A DNA stretch of 59,655 nucleotides, filler included, from Sphacelaria rigidula (GCA_964200075.2; 6 parts of 6 records of this genome joined end to end with filler, not necessarily neighbours in it), one strand, 5' to 3'; numbered from the whole stretch's first letter, positions 38,500 to 50,520 are shown. Numbers and translations are program-made. The notes: a model not told the origin generated them from the letters alone.

Positions 38500-39512
38500 C
38501 GTTAGGTTGATTTCTTGTCACTACTCCGGACACGTCTCCAGGGAGGGCGCGGAGGGGTATATAAAAAGTGCGACAGAAAATGAATAGACCAACGGGAAAA
38601 TGATTTCTTAAACACCTAGTTCACTGAAATTTCAAACGAAAACAGTATCCTAAAGGCGTAACCGCTATGATGATAGCTCAACAGAGTTATGGAATCTCCT
38701 GATGAGGGGTGATTGTTCTCAAGATCAAATTTCTTGCCCACGACGATGGGCTGGCAATACCAACAGATATGTAGCAGTGTTGTCGGCAGGATCTCGTCAG
38801 GACCTGTGGGTCGGCCAGCCCTTGATCAACACAGGTACTTCTACTTGTCGATGAGATCGATGATGAGGGGAAAAAAATGAAATCTATCAAGAGGTGCGCT
38901 GAACTACAGCGTTTAAAATGAGGAAATATCATAAATACAGAGTGAAAAGTTGAAAGACATCGTCAACTCACTACAGACACAACAGTGCCTTATTTCACAG
39001 GGAGGCGCCGTGCAACTACTGTGGGACGAGTAGCGACACATGGACCCTACGATTTGACAACTTGGGAGTAGATCGTGACGCGCGACATCAAGTACCGATG
39101 TGTCGATGATCATACAGACGACACCCGTCCTAGTTACTCGGAAGGGGAGCCATCGTCTTACGTGCCAACGGCGAGAAAAAAAGGGGGGGGAGTGGGAGGA
39201 TACAAGGAAACAAGAGGGACAAAAATGGGCAGGATACACGCCAGGAGCCAAGAAAAGATGTCGAGTTTCACTATATTTTTGTAAGTTCGTTCCGGCGCAA
39301 TTTAGTTCCCATGGTACATGAGCAAAAAAACGTGGCACAACGTGTCATCTTCGTCAGCCCATTAACATCAATATACTGTACCATTCACATATACCTGACG
39401 GCGTCCCAGTCCGGTGGCTCCTTCACCACGTCGCCGTCCTCATCGAAGTCACACGGTCGTCCCGCCATGGAAAATGCCAAGTCGCTCTTCTGCATCACAT
39501 CCTCCCGATACT
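31975..39512 (-). CDS. DENN-domain protein (DENND4-like Rab GEF), internal exons 39512-39395, 37214-37046, 33429-33293, and possibly 32164-31975
   Basis: dDENN-like VREAFLRFFVALLSGYRRFL...F...TQAFQNFVDARI...FFDACITAKRNRS. Splice phases are consistent. The last exon is supported by phase only. Confidence 0.85.
32815..33055. repeat. AT-rich low-complexity tract (AAT/ACT/ACA triplets)
   Basis: Visible directly. Confidence 0.8.
36469..37007. mobile_element. hAT-like MITE
   Basis: TIR TAGTGCTGGATATCG / CGATATCCAACACTA; imperfect 8-bp TSD AGACATAC/ACACACAC; ATATCG subterminal repeats; contains an internal N gap. Confidence 0.65.
37370..37808. mobile_element. MITE with degenerate ~100-bp TIRs and internal telomere-like G-repeats
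   Basis: AACCATACCG...TTTACTGGCGTTGGGCTACA is mirrored by TGTAGTCCAACGCCGGTAAA...CGGTATGGTT. Confidence 0.7.
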
Positions 39513-40181
39513 CTGCGCGGTACATTTTCAACCAGTTTCGTTTTGTTAACTGTACTTCGTCGTTGGCGTCGTGACGAGCAGGGAATGTCCATTACAACGG
39601 TATTCCTTACAATATTATCATTCCTCGTTATATATTGACCCCTTCCTCCGTCTCGAAAGGGATACATGGTCAATGGTCAAACGACTAAGGCAAGCAACAA
39701 ATGAGTACGCCCCCCACCCCCCCCCCCCCCCCCCCCCNNNNNNNNNNNNNNNNNNNNNNNNNNNNNNNNNNNNNNNNNNNNTTAATTAATTAANNNNNNN
39801 NNNNNNNNNNNNNNNNNNNNNNNNNNNNNNNNNNNNNGAGCATCTTGAATCGTAAGGAGCCCCTGAACTAGACATAATTTCGCGAAAAAAGTGTACCCCT
39901 ACCGTAGCATTACTCTTCGAAAAAAAAAGGCATCACAGTTCCAGAACTAGTTCAACCCGACCTATACAACATGCGGTGGGTCCAGAATGGCATGGAAACG
40001 CGACCAGGCCCAGGTACACACACAGGCACATACACGTATCCACATATACCCAAATCCACATACACGCATACATGCACATGGATGTGCGCATACACACACA
40101 TACACAAACACACAGCAGCAACAAAAAAGACAAAAAGACAAAAAAATAAATTAAGGGGGAAATAAAACAGGGCAGAACGTA

Positions 40182-42484
40182 TCAAGACTCGTCTTCTCTC
40201 CACGAGCTGTCGGTATTCCGGAGAATGGCATCGTCTATGTTGCCGTCGTCATGACGTTGGAGACACCAGGACCCGTGGCGAGCGGACGGTGCTTCGGTGT
40301 AGTAAGCATCGTCCAAAATAATCTTCAGGGGGCCGGGGTCATCGAGGAAGGGGATGTAGTAGGCGTTGTTGGAGTCGGGTACTGGTAAGTGAATCTTGCC
40401 CAGCCACCAGAGAGAGTCCTCCGCCTTGTACCAGAAGTACGCGCCTTTCGGTAGACGTTTCCTGCGAAAAGAAAGCAAGCATTGCGCACGCGAAACAAGA
40501 CTATAGCCAGCCATGACGAACCGGGCCGAATGCTCCCGGGCCAGCTCCCGTGCCGCCGCTCCTTTCCGCATAGACCTGTTTCTTCGGTTCAACGCACGGT
40601 GTTGCGCAACATCGCCTACCCAGTACAACAGAACTTGTCTACGGAAATGCCGCAAGTAGACTTCCCGTTCCCACGTGACCCGCATCAATCCTTTCCAGTG
40701 CGTCTGGTACATCACTGCTAGTTTACCACCGCGACCGCGGACCGGTTGGTGTCCGCTGATATCATCGACTACCACGCGTTCCACAGGGGCTTGAAAGTCT
40801 TCATCCGTGACATGAAAAGGCGGCGACTTGGTGGCATGCCTCGTCAAGACGTGCTGGCTGAGTCCTGACGGTAATTGTTTGGGCATATCAGTGGTGTCGT
40901 GCGGGGCGGTGCAGGGTTTACAGCGCCAGACAGACACGCGGTTTTTCTGCGGAGGCCCAGCTTCATCCGTGGGGAAATCGAGGTACAAAAGGTTTTCCCC
41001 GATGGGTCGATCATCCGGTGCTGTAACACTTGGCCCAACACCCAAATTTTTTCACGGCCCAGTCCAATTGAGGGACAGCTTGGCCTTCAACACCTTATCC
41101 GGCGAATCCTTACTCGCGCTGGCTCCTTTGCAAATCGTCTGTACATCGTTGTACACCCACGCCCATGCACCTACCTTCCACACTGAGCGCTTATGCATCA
41201 CCGCATCCAACGTGGCATTGACACTAACCGCTTTTGCCAACTTGATTTGGTTTTGCTCGCGCACCAAATCATACGTCAACCGCAGACGATGACTCAAAAG
41301 GTCATGATACTCCCTAATATCCCGGTTCAAACTCTGATGACCGGCCACGTTACGGCGCTCGAAAATGGTCAACGGCAGCCTCGGCATGCGAACAATTTGA
41401 ATTTCATTTGGTGCAAGGCCAGTGGCGGTGTGGATTGAGGTTTTTAGTTCATCTGTACGAAGGGCAGGTGCAGATCCCAATCCGTTTGCCGTTCATTGGT
41501 GACAGCTGACAGCATTTTCACCATCGTATGGCTGACACGTTCCGTTCCACCGTTGGTTTGGGGGTGATACGGGCTTGTAAAAATGCGGTGGGAACCCAGC
41601 AGTGCACTAACCGCAGCAGAACGTTTGCCAGAAAAGTGTTGGCCGTTGTCAGATAACAATTTGCGGGGGACACCCCATTGTGGCATGTAGTTGTACACCA
41701 GAAAATTGGCGGTGCCCTCTGCGGAATAGTTGGTTTTGGAGACGGCGTGCATGGCGGCGTGGCGACTGAAGCGATCAGTAATCAACAAAATGTACTTGTT
41801 ACCACTCTCCGTGAGGGGCAACGGTCCGAAATAGTCCCAAGATATAACTTCACCGGGCCCATTGGGGAGCGGCATGGACAGGACTGACCAACGCACGGTC
41901 TGGCGAGACGTCTTGCGTTCCTGACATATCAAGCAACGCCGTACCCACCAACGGACACATTGGTCAATACCTACCCACCAGTAAAATCGCTCGATGAAGT
42001 GGGCCGTCCGAGTTGTACCCAGATGGGTTGAAATGTTGATATGACACTCGTGTAGGACCCATGGTCGCATGAGCATGAGCACGTAAATGCGAAGAGGTTC
42101 TTGACCGAGTAAGCGAGCATATCTACCGGTAGGGCGGTATGGCTGAGGTGTCCGCGTGGGTTTGCGGACTAGAAGTACAGTACCATCATCATCCATATGC
42201 AGTTTGCTGTGGGCCAGCTCAATAACTTCATCCTGCGTGGGTGCCCGGCGCCGTCCAACGAAATTGAGGATATCCGCGGAGGGGAATGGAACGGGGCAGT
42301 TTTGGGGCAGATAGAGTATAGCTGCGCGGCACACGGGCTCGTCTGATTGTTCTCGCGCCCAATCTTGGCGGGAAAACAAGCTTAATTTTTCTTTTCGTTC
42401 ACTCTCGACATCGGGGCCAAGGAGAGAGTCGTAGGCATCGTTCACGGTGTCTGCTGAACTGTCATCCTGGAAGGTAGGGTACAA
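40182..42484 (-). pseudogene. Gypsy integrase and C-terminal domains, broken into three frames
   Basis: HECH...HLG...CLICQ; WDYFGPLP; SDNG; YHPQTNGGTER; VDDISGHQ...YQTHWKG...TWERE. Confidence 0.88.
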
Positions 42485-43260
42485 GGGGGGGCGAGTTCCG
42501 ACAATAGATCCGTACCTGCAGCTTCGGCCTCGCTAAGAGATTGGGAGTGGAATGTTGGGGGACAGCACAGGCACTGGTACAGGAGAGGTCCATGATCGGA
42601 GCATCGTCCTCCGCGGATTCGTCGATCGTCGGCAGGCCAGCAGGGGGTGAGCCCGCCCTGGGCGTTGGCTTGTATCGACGCGGTTGTGGTGGGGCGAGGA
42701 AACTCGCCGGCACCGGAACCGTGGAAGGAGGAGGAAGATCAGGTCAAGAAACAGCGGCGTGCGCGGCGGACTCCGCTGCTCTGCGACCTCGTTCTCTACT
42801 AGAAATGAGATCGCGTACTTGTACAGGGAAAACAGATGGGGAGACGGTGAGTTCCGGGTCAGCGGCAGTATTGATGCGGCGGCCCGTCATTCTGAAAAAT
42901 TCGTATCCGGACATGGTACTTGGGTTGGGGTTGGCACTATTAAACACCGAAAGAAAAGATCTGGGGGGCAAGCCACCTAGCGCCGTTTTCGGAGCAGAAG
43001 GTGCCAGCCCACTCATGCTTAAACCTGTAGTCTCATCAGAGACGAGAGGCGTCCAGAGACCAAGGTGACCACGGCGACTGGTTAAGTAGACGATATCCTC
43101 CGTAGGGTCTGTTATGCGTCCCGCGGGGGAGGAATCAATCGGTGTGGCAGGTGTCGGCAATCGCGAGAGGGAGTCAGCTTTAGCGTTCTGCGGACCGGCC
43201 CGATACTTCAACTGAAAGTCGTAAGAAGATAGGATTTCAAAACAACGCTGAACTCTAGCA

Positions 43261-46200
43261 TTATACTCCACCATTTTCGCGAGGTTTTCCAACGATTTGT
43301 GGTCGATCAAAATGACGAAAGAAATACCGTACAAATAGTGACGGAGACGCCGAACATCCCAAACAACGGCGCCCGCTTCTTACTCCATAATGCTCCAATT
43401 TTATTCGTGAGGGAACGTTGTGCGGCTCAGATAGACTATGGGGCCGGATGGATTTATCCGATTGCTCCTGCTCAAGTGTACAGCTGAATATCCGATTGCA
43501 AGCGTCAGTGTGTGGGCGGAAAGGCCGTGAACCGGCCTCGGCGGCATCCCAATCAGGGTATACAAGGACCGGAGGGCTAGACAGTTGGGCAAGGAAATCG
43601 CGGACTGTCTCTTCCATGGATTTGGTGAACTCGAACTTCACCCCTCGCTTGAGAAGAGTGGTGAGGGGTTTCAATGTGCGTGCGAGATTCGGTAGATATT
43701 GGCGGTAATAGCTGAGGCCGCCGAGCAGCGAGCGCAATTGAGGGACATCTTTGGGCATTGGCATCTTTGCAAGAGCTGAAACTTTGTCGAGGGTGGGGCT
43801 GCGGCCCTCTGGGATAATGCAATGCCCCAGAAATGTGATAGTCGTGGCGCCAATCTGTGATTTCGATGGCAAAAGTTTCAGATTATGCTGCTCGAATCGG
43901 CCAAAAAATATCGCTAATTGCTCTACGTGCCCCGCGGGGTTTACATCCTGAATCACGGCATCGTCCAGGTACATCTGGCAGTTGGGAAGCCCATCGGTGA
44001 CGCGAAACATGACTCGTTGAAAAGCCCCGGGAGCACCAGAGGCACCTTGTGGTGTTACTAGCCACTCATAAAGTCCAGACGGAGTGCAAAACGCCGTCAT
44101 CTCAATGGAGTCGGGGTCCGCTACCAGTTGATGATATCCCGACTGCATATCAAATGTAGAACATATTTTACCTCGTCCAAGGGAGTCGATGATTTCATCT
44201 ATACGGGGGAGCGGAAGGCGGGGGACTGTCGTCACCGCGTTCAAGCGTTGATAATTGACAGTGAGGCGGATCTTGCCATTTTTATTTCGAGCAACAACCA
44301 AGGGGGAGGCCCAAGGAGAGGTCGAATGACGAATGATCTCCGCCGCAAAGTAGCTATGTATGATTACTTGTACTTTATTAGCGAGCAGCGGATTTGTGCG
44401 ATAAGGGCGTGTGGCGATGGGGGGCGTTCCTTTCGGAACATTGATTTCGAACGGAGCCGTCGTGCAGCGACCCAAATCAAGAGATGAGGTGCAGAATCGC
44501 GCGGCATAGTGAATGAGGACATCGCGTAGTTTGTCGATGACCGCTGGAGTCCAACCCTCACCGTTCAGATTGAAGGTGATGCGACGAAGGTGTGGGGGAA
44601 CGTCATCCCATAGTCGCAAGAAACTCGCCCGCTGCTCAGGCTGTAAGCGATCCAACAGTGTTTGGGGAATTTCCGGTTCCGCGTCTTCATCAGACGCGGT
44701 CACTACCATTGGGTCAATTGGTCCTGGTTCATCACAATCAGCATTTGGCGTGAAGTCAGGCGGAGTAGCGGTACTGTTGCGGGGGCATATACCCGACGTA
44801 GGAGCACGTAGTAGGGGAGCGGAGGCATACCCCAACAACTGATTGGGTACTAAATTAACGCACTCTGGAGACGCCAGGAAAATTTGCTGGCGTCCGCCCT
44901 TAACGAAAACATCGTTCTGTCCAAACATTCCATCTGTCGAACCATCGCAGTGAAGGGGATCTACCAAATACTGTCCTGTGAGTGCTGGCAGACCATTGCG
45001 CCGCACCAGATTCACCATCACAGGTTGGGGTTCATGCGATAGTGACGCTACTGCCTCCCCAGCATAAAACAACTTGAAAGCGGTTTGTGATGCAGAGGAG
45101 CCGCGCGTGAAAGCCTGGGCACCGGTTTGGTCGTCAAGATGGCCCAGCTGCAATTTGCCTTTCGTGGGTGAATGCGGTGACGGACGTTCGGTGGTGTATG
45201 TATGTGTCGGAAATCGCAACCAGATATCTCTGCCTAGCAGGACATCAAACGCCATGGCAATTTGTGGGACAATCAAGGCCCAAACAGAAAGTTGTGCCGT
45301 GAGCTTCGCATCATCGAAGAACTGAACACTTAAACGCACGGCCTGGGTGGCACTCAAGGTAGGACCGGACCCGAAGCCGCCGAAAGTGCGGGGTGGGACA
45401 GCGGACAGACATTTATCATCTGCCGCGCCGGTACGAATCATGTCCTGCCAGCAGCTGTCGGTGATAAAAGTCTGTGGGGAGCCCGAGTCCGGGAGTGCCA
45501 GGGCCATAAGTCGACGAGTTGCACAAGATCCACTATGAAGTCCAACTCTAGTTGTAAAAGACGCATCGTGCAAGGTGACAACGCCACTCTTGAGATTCGG
45601 ACCAAACTCTGGCAACGAATCGATATGTGTGCTACGTACCTTATGGACTATGGTATTCAGATACACTCTGGGGTGGTCCTGTGGAGCCTGGGGATGGGGG
45701 CACTGGTCTTGGCTGGTCTCCAACGTTGGGGTGTCAGGGCTGCTTATCTCATACACCGCTATGGGCGAGCGACTATTAGGGGTGGCCGTCGTGGTGGAGG
45801 CGCGGCCGGCTGTGATGTCGGCAGGGGGGACATGCACTACCGGCTTAGTGGATATTACAAGTGTAGGGTAAGCAGATATGTCAACCCTGCACTGCGAGGT
45901 GCCTGCCGAATCATCTACAGTAGTGGGCAAAGGGGACGACGAGTTTTCGTCGTCGGACGCGGTTCCGGTGACTGCATCGGCGGAACTCTCGTCGGATACA
46001 TCAACATATGCGTTGTTCACAGACATGATCTCCACGGATTTATCGGGAGATACGTTGTCGGGGGCCAAACTTGGCACTACAGGGGACGAATCGTCTGTGA
46101 TCCGCCTGAGACTGTCGCGGTGTGGGGTCGCCAGTGGCGGACCCGCACGTGTACGCGACAACGAACCGACAGCAGGTAGGGTGGACTTGTGGCTCGACAC

Positions 46201-47115
46201 GTTCCGCCGCGACCTCTTTGTTGGTGCTGGCTCAGGAGGCGAAGGGGGGACAGAGGGCGGTAGCGGCACATCCAATGCCTGAGGCGTACCGTCGTGGCCT
46301 GTCGCTGTTGGGAAGTTCGCGGGAGTGCTCCGTGACGGTGCGAGCTCTTGGCTTATCGACCGGGTCACTGCCGGGGGTCCTTCTCCAACCCGTGGAGCAA
46401 CGGAAAGCGAGGGTTTCCTGTGGTCATGATCCGCAGTGGAATAACTATGCTCAACTACAATGGGGCCCGACGCCACTTGGGTATCTGGGCTAACATGTAC
46501 CCTACGATGGATGGTCGCAGGGGCAGGAACACGAGGACCGGGAGACAGCTTCTCTCTTGGCACGTGGATACCTGCAGGACGTGGCCTCCCCCTCTGGTTT
46601 AACTGAGAGGAAGATAGCTGTTCACGGATTGAGTTATGAAGTGGTATACTAGAGTGATCATATCCAGTGGTCGTACGACACAAGTTTTCACCGTGAGAGC
46701 TATAACCACGAGGGGTTTCGCGGGATCTTGCCTGAGTGGGACCCGTGACCCAGGACTGATCGAACCCATTGTACCCACACCACAAGCTTGAGCTAGCGCC
46801 GGCCGACGATATCTCAGTTTCGGGTTGTGGGGGCAGCGGCCGCGTAAAATTCACGGGGACTGCATCGTCTCGGTGTTCGGTCAATATATTAACGGGAACC
46901 GCACCGTCTTGGTGTTCGGTCGATATATTAAGGGGGACCGCACCATCTTGGTGTTCGGTCATTAGCGGTGTAAGACTGGGTTGCATTCGCGTGGAATGTT
47001 GTAGCACCGGAGACTGGGGGGAGATTTCGCCATTCTTTGGTACAGGCTCATGCCTCGAGGCACTATACGAACTACCAAGTACAGGGACTGATACCGAACT
47101 TTGCGGTGCAGTCAT
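43261..47115 (-). CDS. Gypsy Pol N-terminal part (long Pro/Ser/Thr-rich leader, protease, RT, start of RNase H), 1284-aa ORF
   Basis: ALPDSGSPQTFI; SPWASPLVV...RLTVNYQRLN; YLDD; LRSLLGGLSYYR; HTDAC; frameshift near 43420. Confidence 0.9.
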   Translation of the reverse strand: MTAPQSSVSVPVLGSSYSASRHEPVPKNGEISPQSPVLQHSTRMQPSLTPLMTEHQDGAVPLNISTEHQDGAVPVNILTEHRDDAVPVNFTRPLPPQPETEISSAGASSSLWCGYNGFDQSWVTGPTQARSRETPRGYSSHGENLCRTTTGYDHSSIPLHNSIREQLSSSQLNQRGRPRPAGIHVPREKLSPGPRVPAPATIHRRVHVSPDTQVASGPIVVEHSYSTADHDHRKPSLSVAPRVGEGPPAVTRSISQELAPSRSTPANFPTATGHDGTPQALDVPLPPSVPPSPPEPAPTKRSRRNVSSHKSTLPAVGSLSRTRAGPPLATPHRDSLRRITDDSSPVVPSLAPDNVSPDKSVEIMSVNNAYVDVSDESSADAVTGTASDDENSSSPLPTTVDDSAGTSQCRVDISAYPTLVISTKPVVHVPPADITAGRASTTTATPNSRSPIAVYEISSPDTPTLETSQDQCPHPQAPQDHPRVYLNTIVHKVRSTHIDSLPEFGPNLKSGVVTLHDASFTTRVGLHSGSCATRRLMALALPDSGSPQTFITDSCWQDMIRTGAADDKCLSAVPPRTFGGFGSGPTLSATQAVRLSVQFFDDAKLTAQLSVWALIVPQIAMAFDVLLGRDIWLRFPTHTYTTERPSPHSPTKGKLQLGHLDDQTGAQAFTRGSSASQTAFKLFYAGEAVASLSHEPQPVMVNLVRRNGLPALTGQYLVDPLHCDGSTDGMFGQNDVFVKGGRQQIFLASPECVNLVPNQLLGYASAPLLRAPTSGICPRNSTATPPDFTPNADCDEPGPIDPMVVTASDEDAEPEIPQTLLDRLQPEQRASFLRLWDDVPPHLRRITFNLNGEGWTPAVIDKLRDVLIHYAARFCTSSLDLGRCTTAPFEINVPKGTPPIATRPYRTNPLLANKVQVIIHSYFAAEIIRHSTSPWASPLVVARNKNGKIRLTVNYQRLNAVTTVPRLPLPRIDEIIDSLGRGKICSTFDMQSGYHQLVADPDSIEMTAFCTPSGLYEWLVTPQGASGAPGAFQRVMFRVTDGLPNCQMYLDDAVIQDVNPAGHVEQLAIFFGRFEQHNLKLLPSKSQIGATTITFLGHCIIPEGRSPTLDKVSALAKMPMPKDVPQLRSLLGGLSYYRQYLPNLARTLKPLTTLLKRGVKFEFTKSMEETVRDFLAQLSSPPVLVYPDWDAAEAGSRPFRPHTDACNRIFSCTLEQEQSDKSIRPHSLSEPHNVPSRIKLEHYGVRSGRRCLGCSASPSLFVRYFFRHFDRPQIVGKPRENGGV

Positions 47116-49608
47116 GGTAGGTGGCGTCCACCAACCGGTACCCTTGCGGGGTTGACTCGATAGCGTCGAAGGGTACGCCGCGTACCGAGGAACCAGTCAG
47201 GTGGTACGCATGGCGGGGTGCGCTGTGTTATTCGACTGAGTCTGTTGCGCTGGAGGGCCATGAGGATCAGGGGGCGAGGCGCGTCTAGCGTCTTGCCAAG
47301 GTTGTGTCGACGTCTAACTGTTCAGAGGTTGGCTGGGTGGGAGTGCTGGTTGATCGACGTTGGGGTTTTGGGTAGGAGCCTGCGACGCTTGACCGTGTGC
47401 CTGATTGGTCAATTGAGCAGCGTGTGGGTTGTAACCATACCCCTGAGTCTGCGGGCCGTATGAGGGGGGGTGACCTCGATAGTTGTGGTAACGGGGTTGG
47501 TTTGTCGAGGGTAGTGGTTGTGCGGAATGCGCGTGTTGTGTGAGCGACTATCACGGTTGTCGCGGTACGAGCGCATGCGGGCCTGCCATTTAGGCCAGTA
47601 GTGCGCGTACTCCGGTTCAAAAAACGCCCTGTTCAAGAGACCCGGCGAATTTGTGAAAGGCGCTTGACACTGGCGCATTGAATGCACAGCAACTCTACCA
47701 TCCGAAGTGCAGCCCGTATGAATATTAAAAAACAACCCGCAGTTTAAACAACTATCCTTAAACCAGCGAATGAGATCCGACCGTGCGGCGGGATCTATGT
47801 TTGAGGCCCACAATGGCGGATCATTTTTGTGCATTGACATACTGACGTTGTATACATGTTGCCAGGTTTCATGAGACAAGGGCCAGCTAGGGAAACGGCT
47901 AGCGAAGGGATCGCGGTACTCGATTGGATTCATTGCCTTTACTTGACCGGTAGGCAACATGGACTCCGGTATCCACAGACTTTTCGCAGCTTTGGTGCGT
48001 GAATCGTCCGTACGGGGTGCACGAGGATCAGGGTATGTGTGGGTGTCGATATGTGGGCGGGATGCGACACTACTTGAAACACTGGGCGGTGCTGGGGCCT
48101 GCTCGTAAGTACCGGGACTAGAGTCGTACGGCAAAGCGGGCGTGCGGTTTGCACGTAGACTATCAAGTTTGCTCCACATAGTTTCAATGTCAGCAAACGG
48201 AACCGAAGCGGTGGCCGCCTCGTTGGCGAAAACGATTGGCATGAGGGCGGGAAATTGTTGACTCATGCTGGATCGGAATACACTCATGACCATATCCTGG
48301 GTGGGCGCAAGCTCTCTCCCTCCATCAACAGTCACTGTGACTAGCTCACGGAAACCGCGTAGATATTTGTTGAACGGGGTGCTTTCGACTATGTGGTACA
48401 TCAAAAGCTGCTCGAAAGATTGGCCGTCATAGCTGGAATCTAGGCTGGAACTCAGTAGCCGGAGGAGGAGAGAGAAAGCATCAAACCAAGAGGTACTAAG
48501 TGACAGAGCGCGAGAGACTTGTGCGAAATGGTCGCCGATCATACCAATCATGTCAGCCGCACGCGGGGAATCCTGTACGGCAGCATTTCCCAGGGCTCGT
48601 TGCAGTGGTCTGGTCCAACCATCGACCCAAACACTTGTCTTCACGTCAACGAATTGTTCGTCGCAAACTTGCAGAATGTCTAGCAGCGTATCCGTAATGG
48701 ACTTACGCAGCTGGCTACAGAATGTGCTTACGTTCGCATCCGCGTGGAAGGGCAGGCTTGGCTAGATCGAGCCTATTGCCTCAGAGTAAGCTGGAGGTAA
48801 GCGCGTTTGACGTCGCTTATCTCTTTCGGACTACGGTGTGTGGTCGTTGGTGCAGTGGCTGCAGGCAGTGACGGCTGGCCGCCTAGGGTGGCTTTGGTGG
48901 TCGGATTAGTCGGGTCAGTGGTTTCCAGAGTCGTCTGTCTTTGCTCAGTTTTCGCGGAGAGCGCGGCGTGACGTGCCCGGGCAATGGTGGAAGAGAGTGG
49001 TTGATCGGGAGAGGCCTCACCCGAGTCAGAGTCTACGTTAGGTGTCGATATCCAAGGTGTGTCTGTTTCGGCGCCTTTATTGCGCTGGTGGGGTGAGGCT
49101 CGACCTGAACCTACTACTTGCCATGTTCCTGGGGGATTGGCGTCTGTGCGAAGGCGTCCATCCGAGAATCCAGTGCCGGACTACATGTTACCTGTACCTT
49201 GGTTGGCATCCGCCGGGGCACCCCGGGCTGACCCTAGTCCTTGGACTCTCTGCCTACCGTGTAAATTGTCAGTCGCTGGTCCTGTGGGCGGACTGGACCG
49301 AATGCGTCCAACTGCCCGAAAGTGCTCTGCGAGAGGTTCTACTAGACCCCACCGAAGCCGGGGGTATTGGGGATCATGGCGATTTTGCATGATTAGGTCA
49401 GATGCACCCTTCAAAGAAATTTCTCGGTGGGGGGGCAGTTCTGACTGGAGTGATAACGCCTTATCCACAATATTCTCTGTGAGGCGTTCATGGCCGAAAA
49501 CATTTGTGACCAAGTCGGAGAATTCGGAACTAAGCTTTGTCAGCGGCATGTTGGAGAGTTGCTCGATGTGGGCAAAGTTCGGTCCCGAATCATCCGACTA
49601 TGCGGTTT

Positions 49609-49696
49609 GTGACGGTTTAAGAGACTACCAACTAGACTACTGACAAGTCAGCGCTGACTTGTCACTAGTCTAGTTGGTAGTCTCTTAAACCGTCAC
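49609..49696. repeat. 88-bp near-perfect palindrome at the contig end
   Basis: Centred on AGCGCT, with one mismatched pair. Confidence 0.95.
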
Positions 49697-49899
49697 NNNN
49701 NNNNNNNNNNNNNNNNNNNNNNNNNNNNNNNNNNNNNNNNTTAATTAATTAANNNNNNNNNNNNNNNNNNNNNNNNNNNNNNNNNNNNNNNNNNNNGATC
49801 TGTTGGGGTGCTGAAATGAATGAGAGGGCAGGGTGTGGTGGTAGGATCTTGGAGGTATATGTTCGGGCCATTAGGTTATGTTTTGATTGAACCTATATC

Positions 49900-50520
49900 C
49901 ATACCTCCAGAGGGTATATACCTGTGCTCGTACCTGCAACGGGGTATATCTGCAAGGGTATACCCTAACCCCGGGTAAAGGTACAGGAAGCTTACAGAGC
50001 TTACAGAACTGTCGGTTACCGATATGGAAGTCTCACAGAGTTTACAGAACTGTCGGGTACCAGTATGAAAGTCTCACAGAGTTTACAGAACTTGTCGGGT
50101 ACGGTACGGGAAGGTTACAGAGAACCGGTACCGGCAGTCGGGTAACTCTTTTGGGGTATACCCACCCCCCGGGTTCGGGCAAGTATTGTGTACAGAACTT
50201 ACAGAACTTGTCGGTTACCGGTATGAAAGTGTTACAGACTTTACAGAACTTGTCGGGTACGGTATGGGAGGCTTACAGAGAACCGGTACCGGCAATCGGG
50301 TAACTCTTTTCGGGTATACCCGCCCTTCGGGTTCGGGTAAATGTATTGTACAGAACTTACAGAACTATCGAGTAAGGGTATGGAAGTCTTACAGAGATTA
50401 CAGAACTGCCGGGTACCGGTATGAAAGTCTTACAGAAGTCACAGGACTGTCGGGTACGGTACATACCCGGAAAAATACCCCGGGTATACAGAAAACCGTA
50501 CGTTACAGAACACAACCTTG
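49900..50520. repeat. Repeat element built of ACAGAACT/GTCGGGTAC subunits with a higher-order unit of about 160 bp
   Basis: Recurring TTACAGAACTTGTCGGGTAC motifs; 50100-50260 resembles 50260-50440. Confidence 0.8.

Larger units (their letters stand above)
39838..49696 (-). mobile_element. Near full-length Ty3/Gypsy chromovirus-like retrotransposon, mildly degenerate
   Basis: Gag-like ORFs at 49549-47409; pol at 47115-40182 with protease DSGS, RT (FDMQSGYHQ, YLDD), RNase H, integrase H2C2 and DDE core, and a chromodomain-like region. Putative LTR ends are CGTCACA (49608) and TGTGATG (39937). Confidence 0.93.

Noticed and set aside
38300..38500. G-quadruplex or regulatory poly-G tracts (also 29900-29940 and 36700-36880)
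   Set aside because: They flank N gaps or contig ends and look like low-quality sequence around homopolymers.
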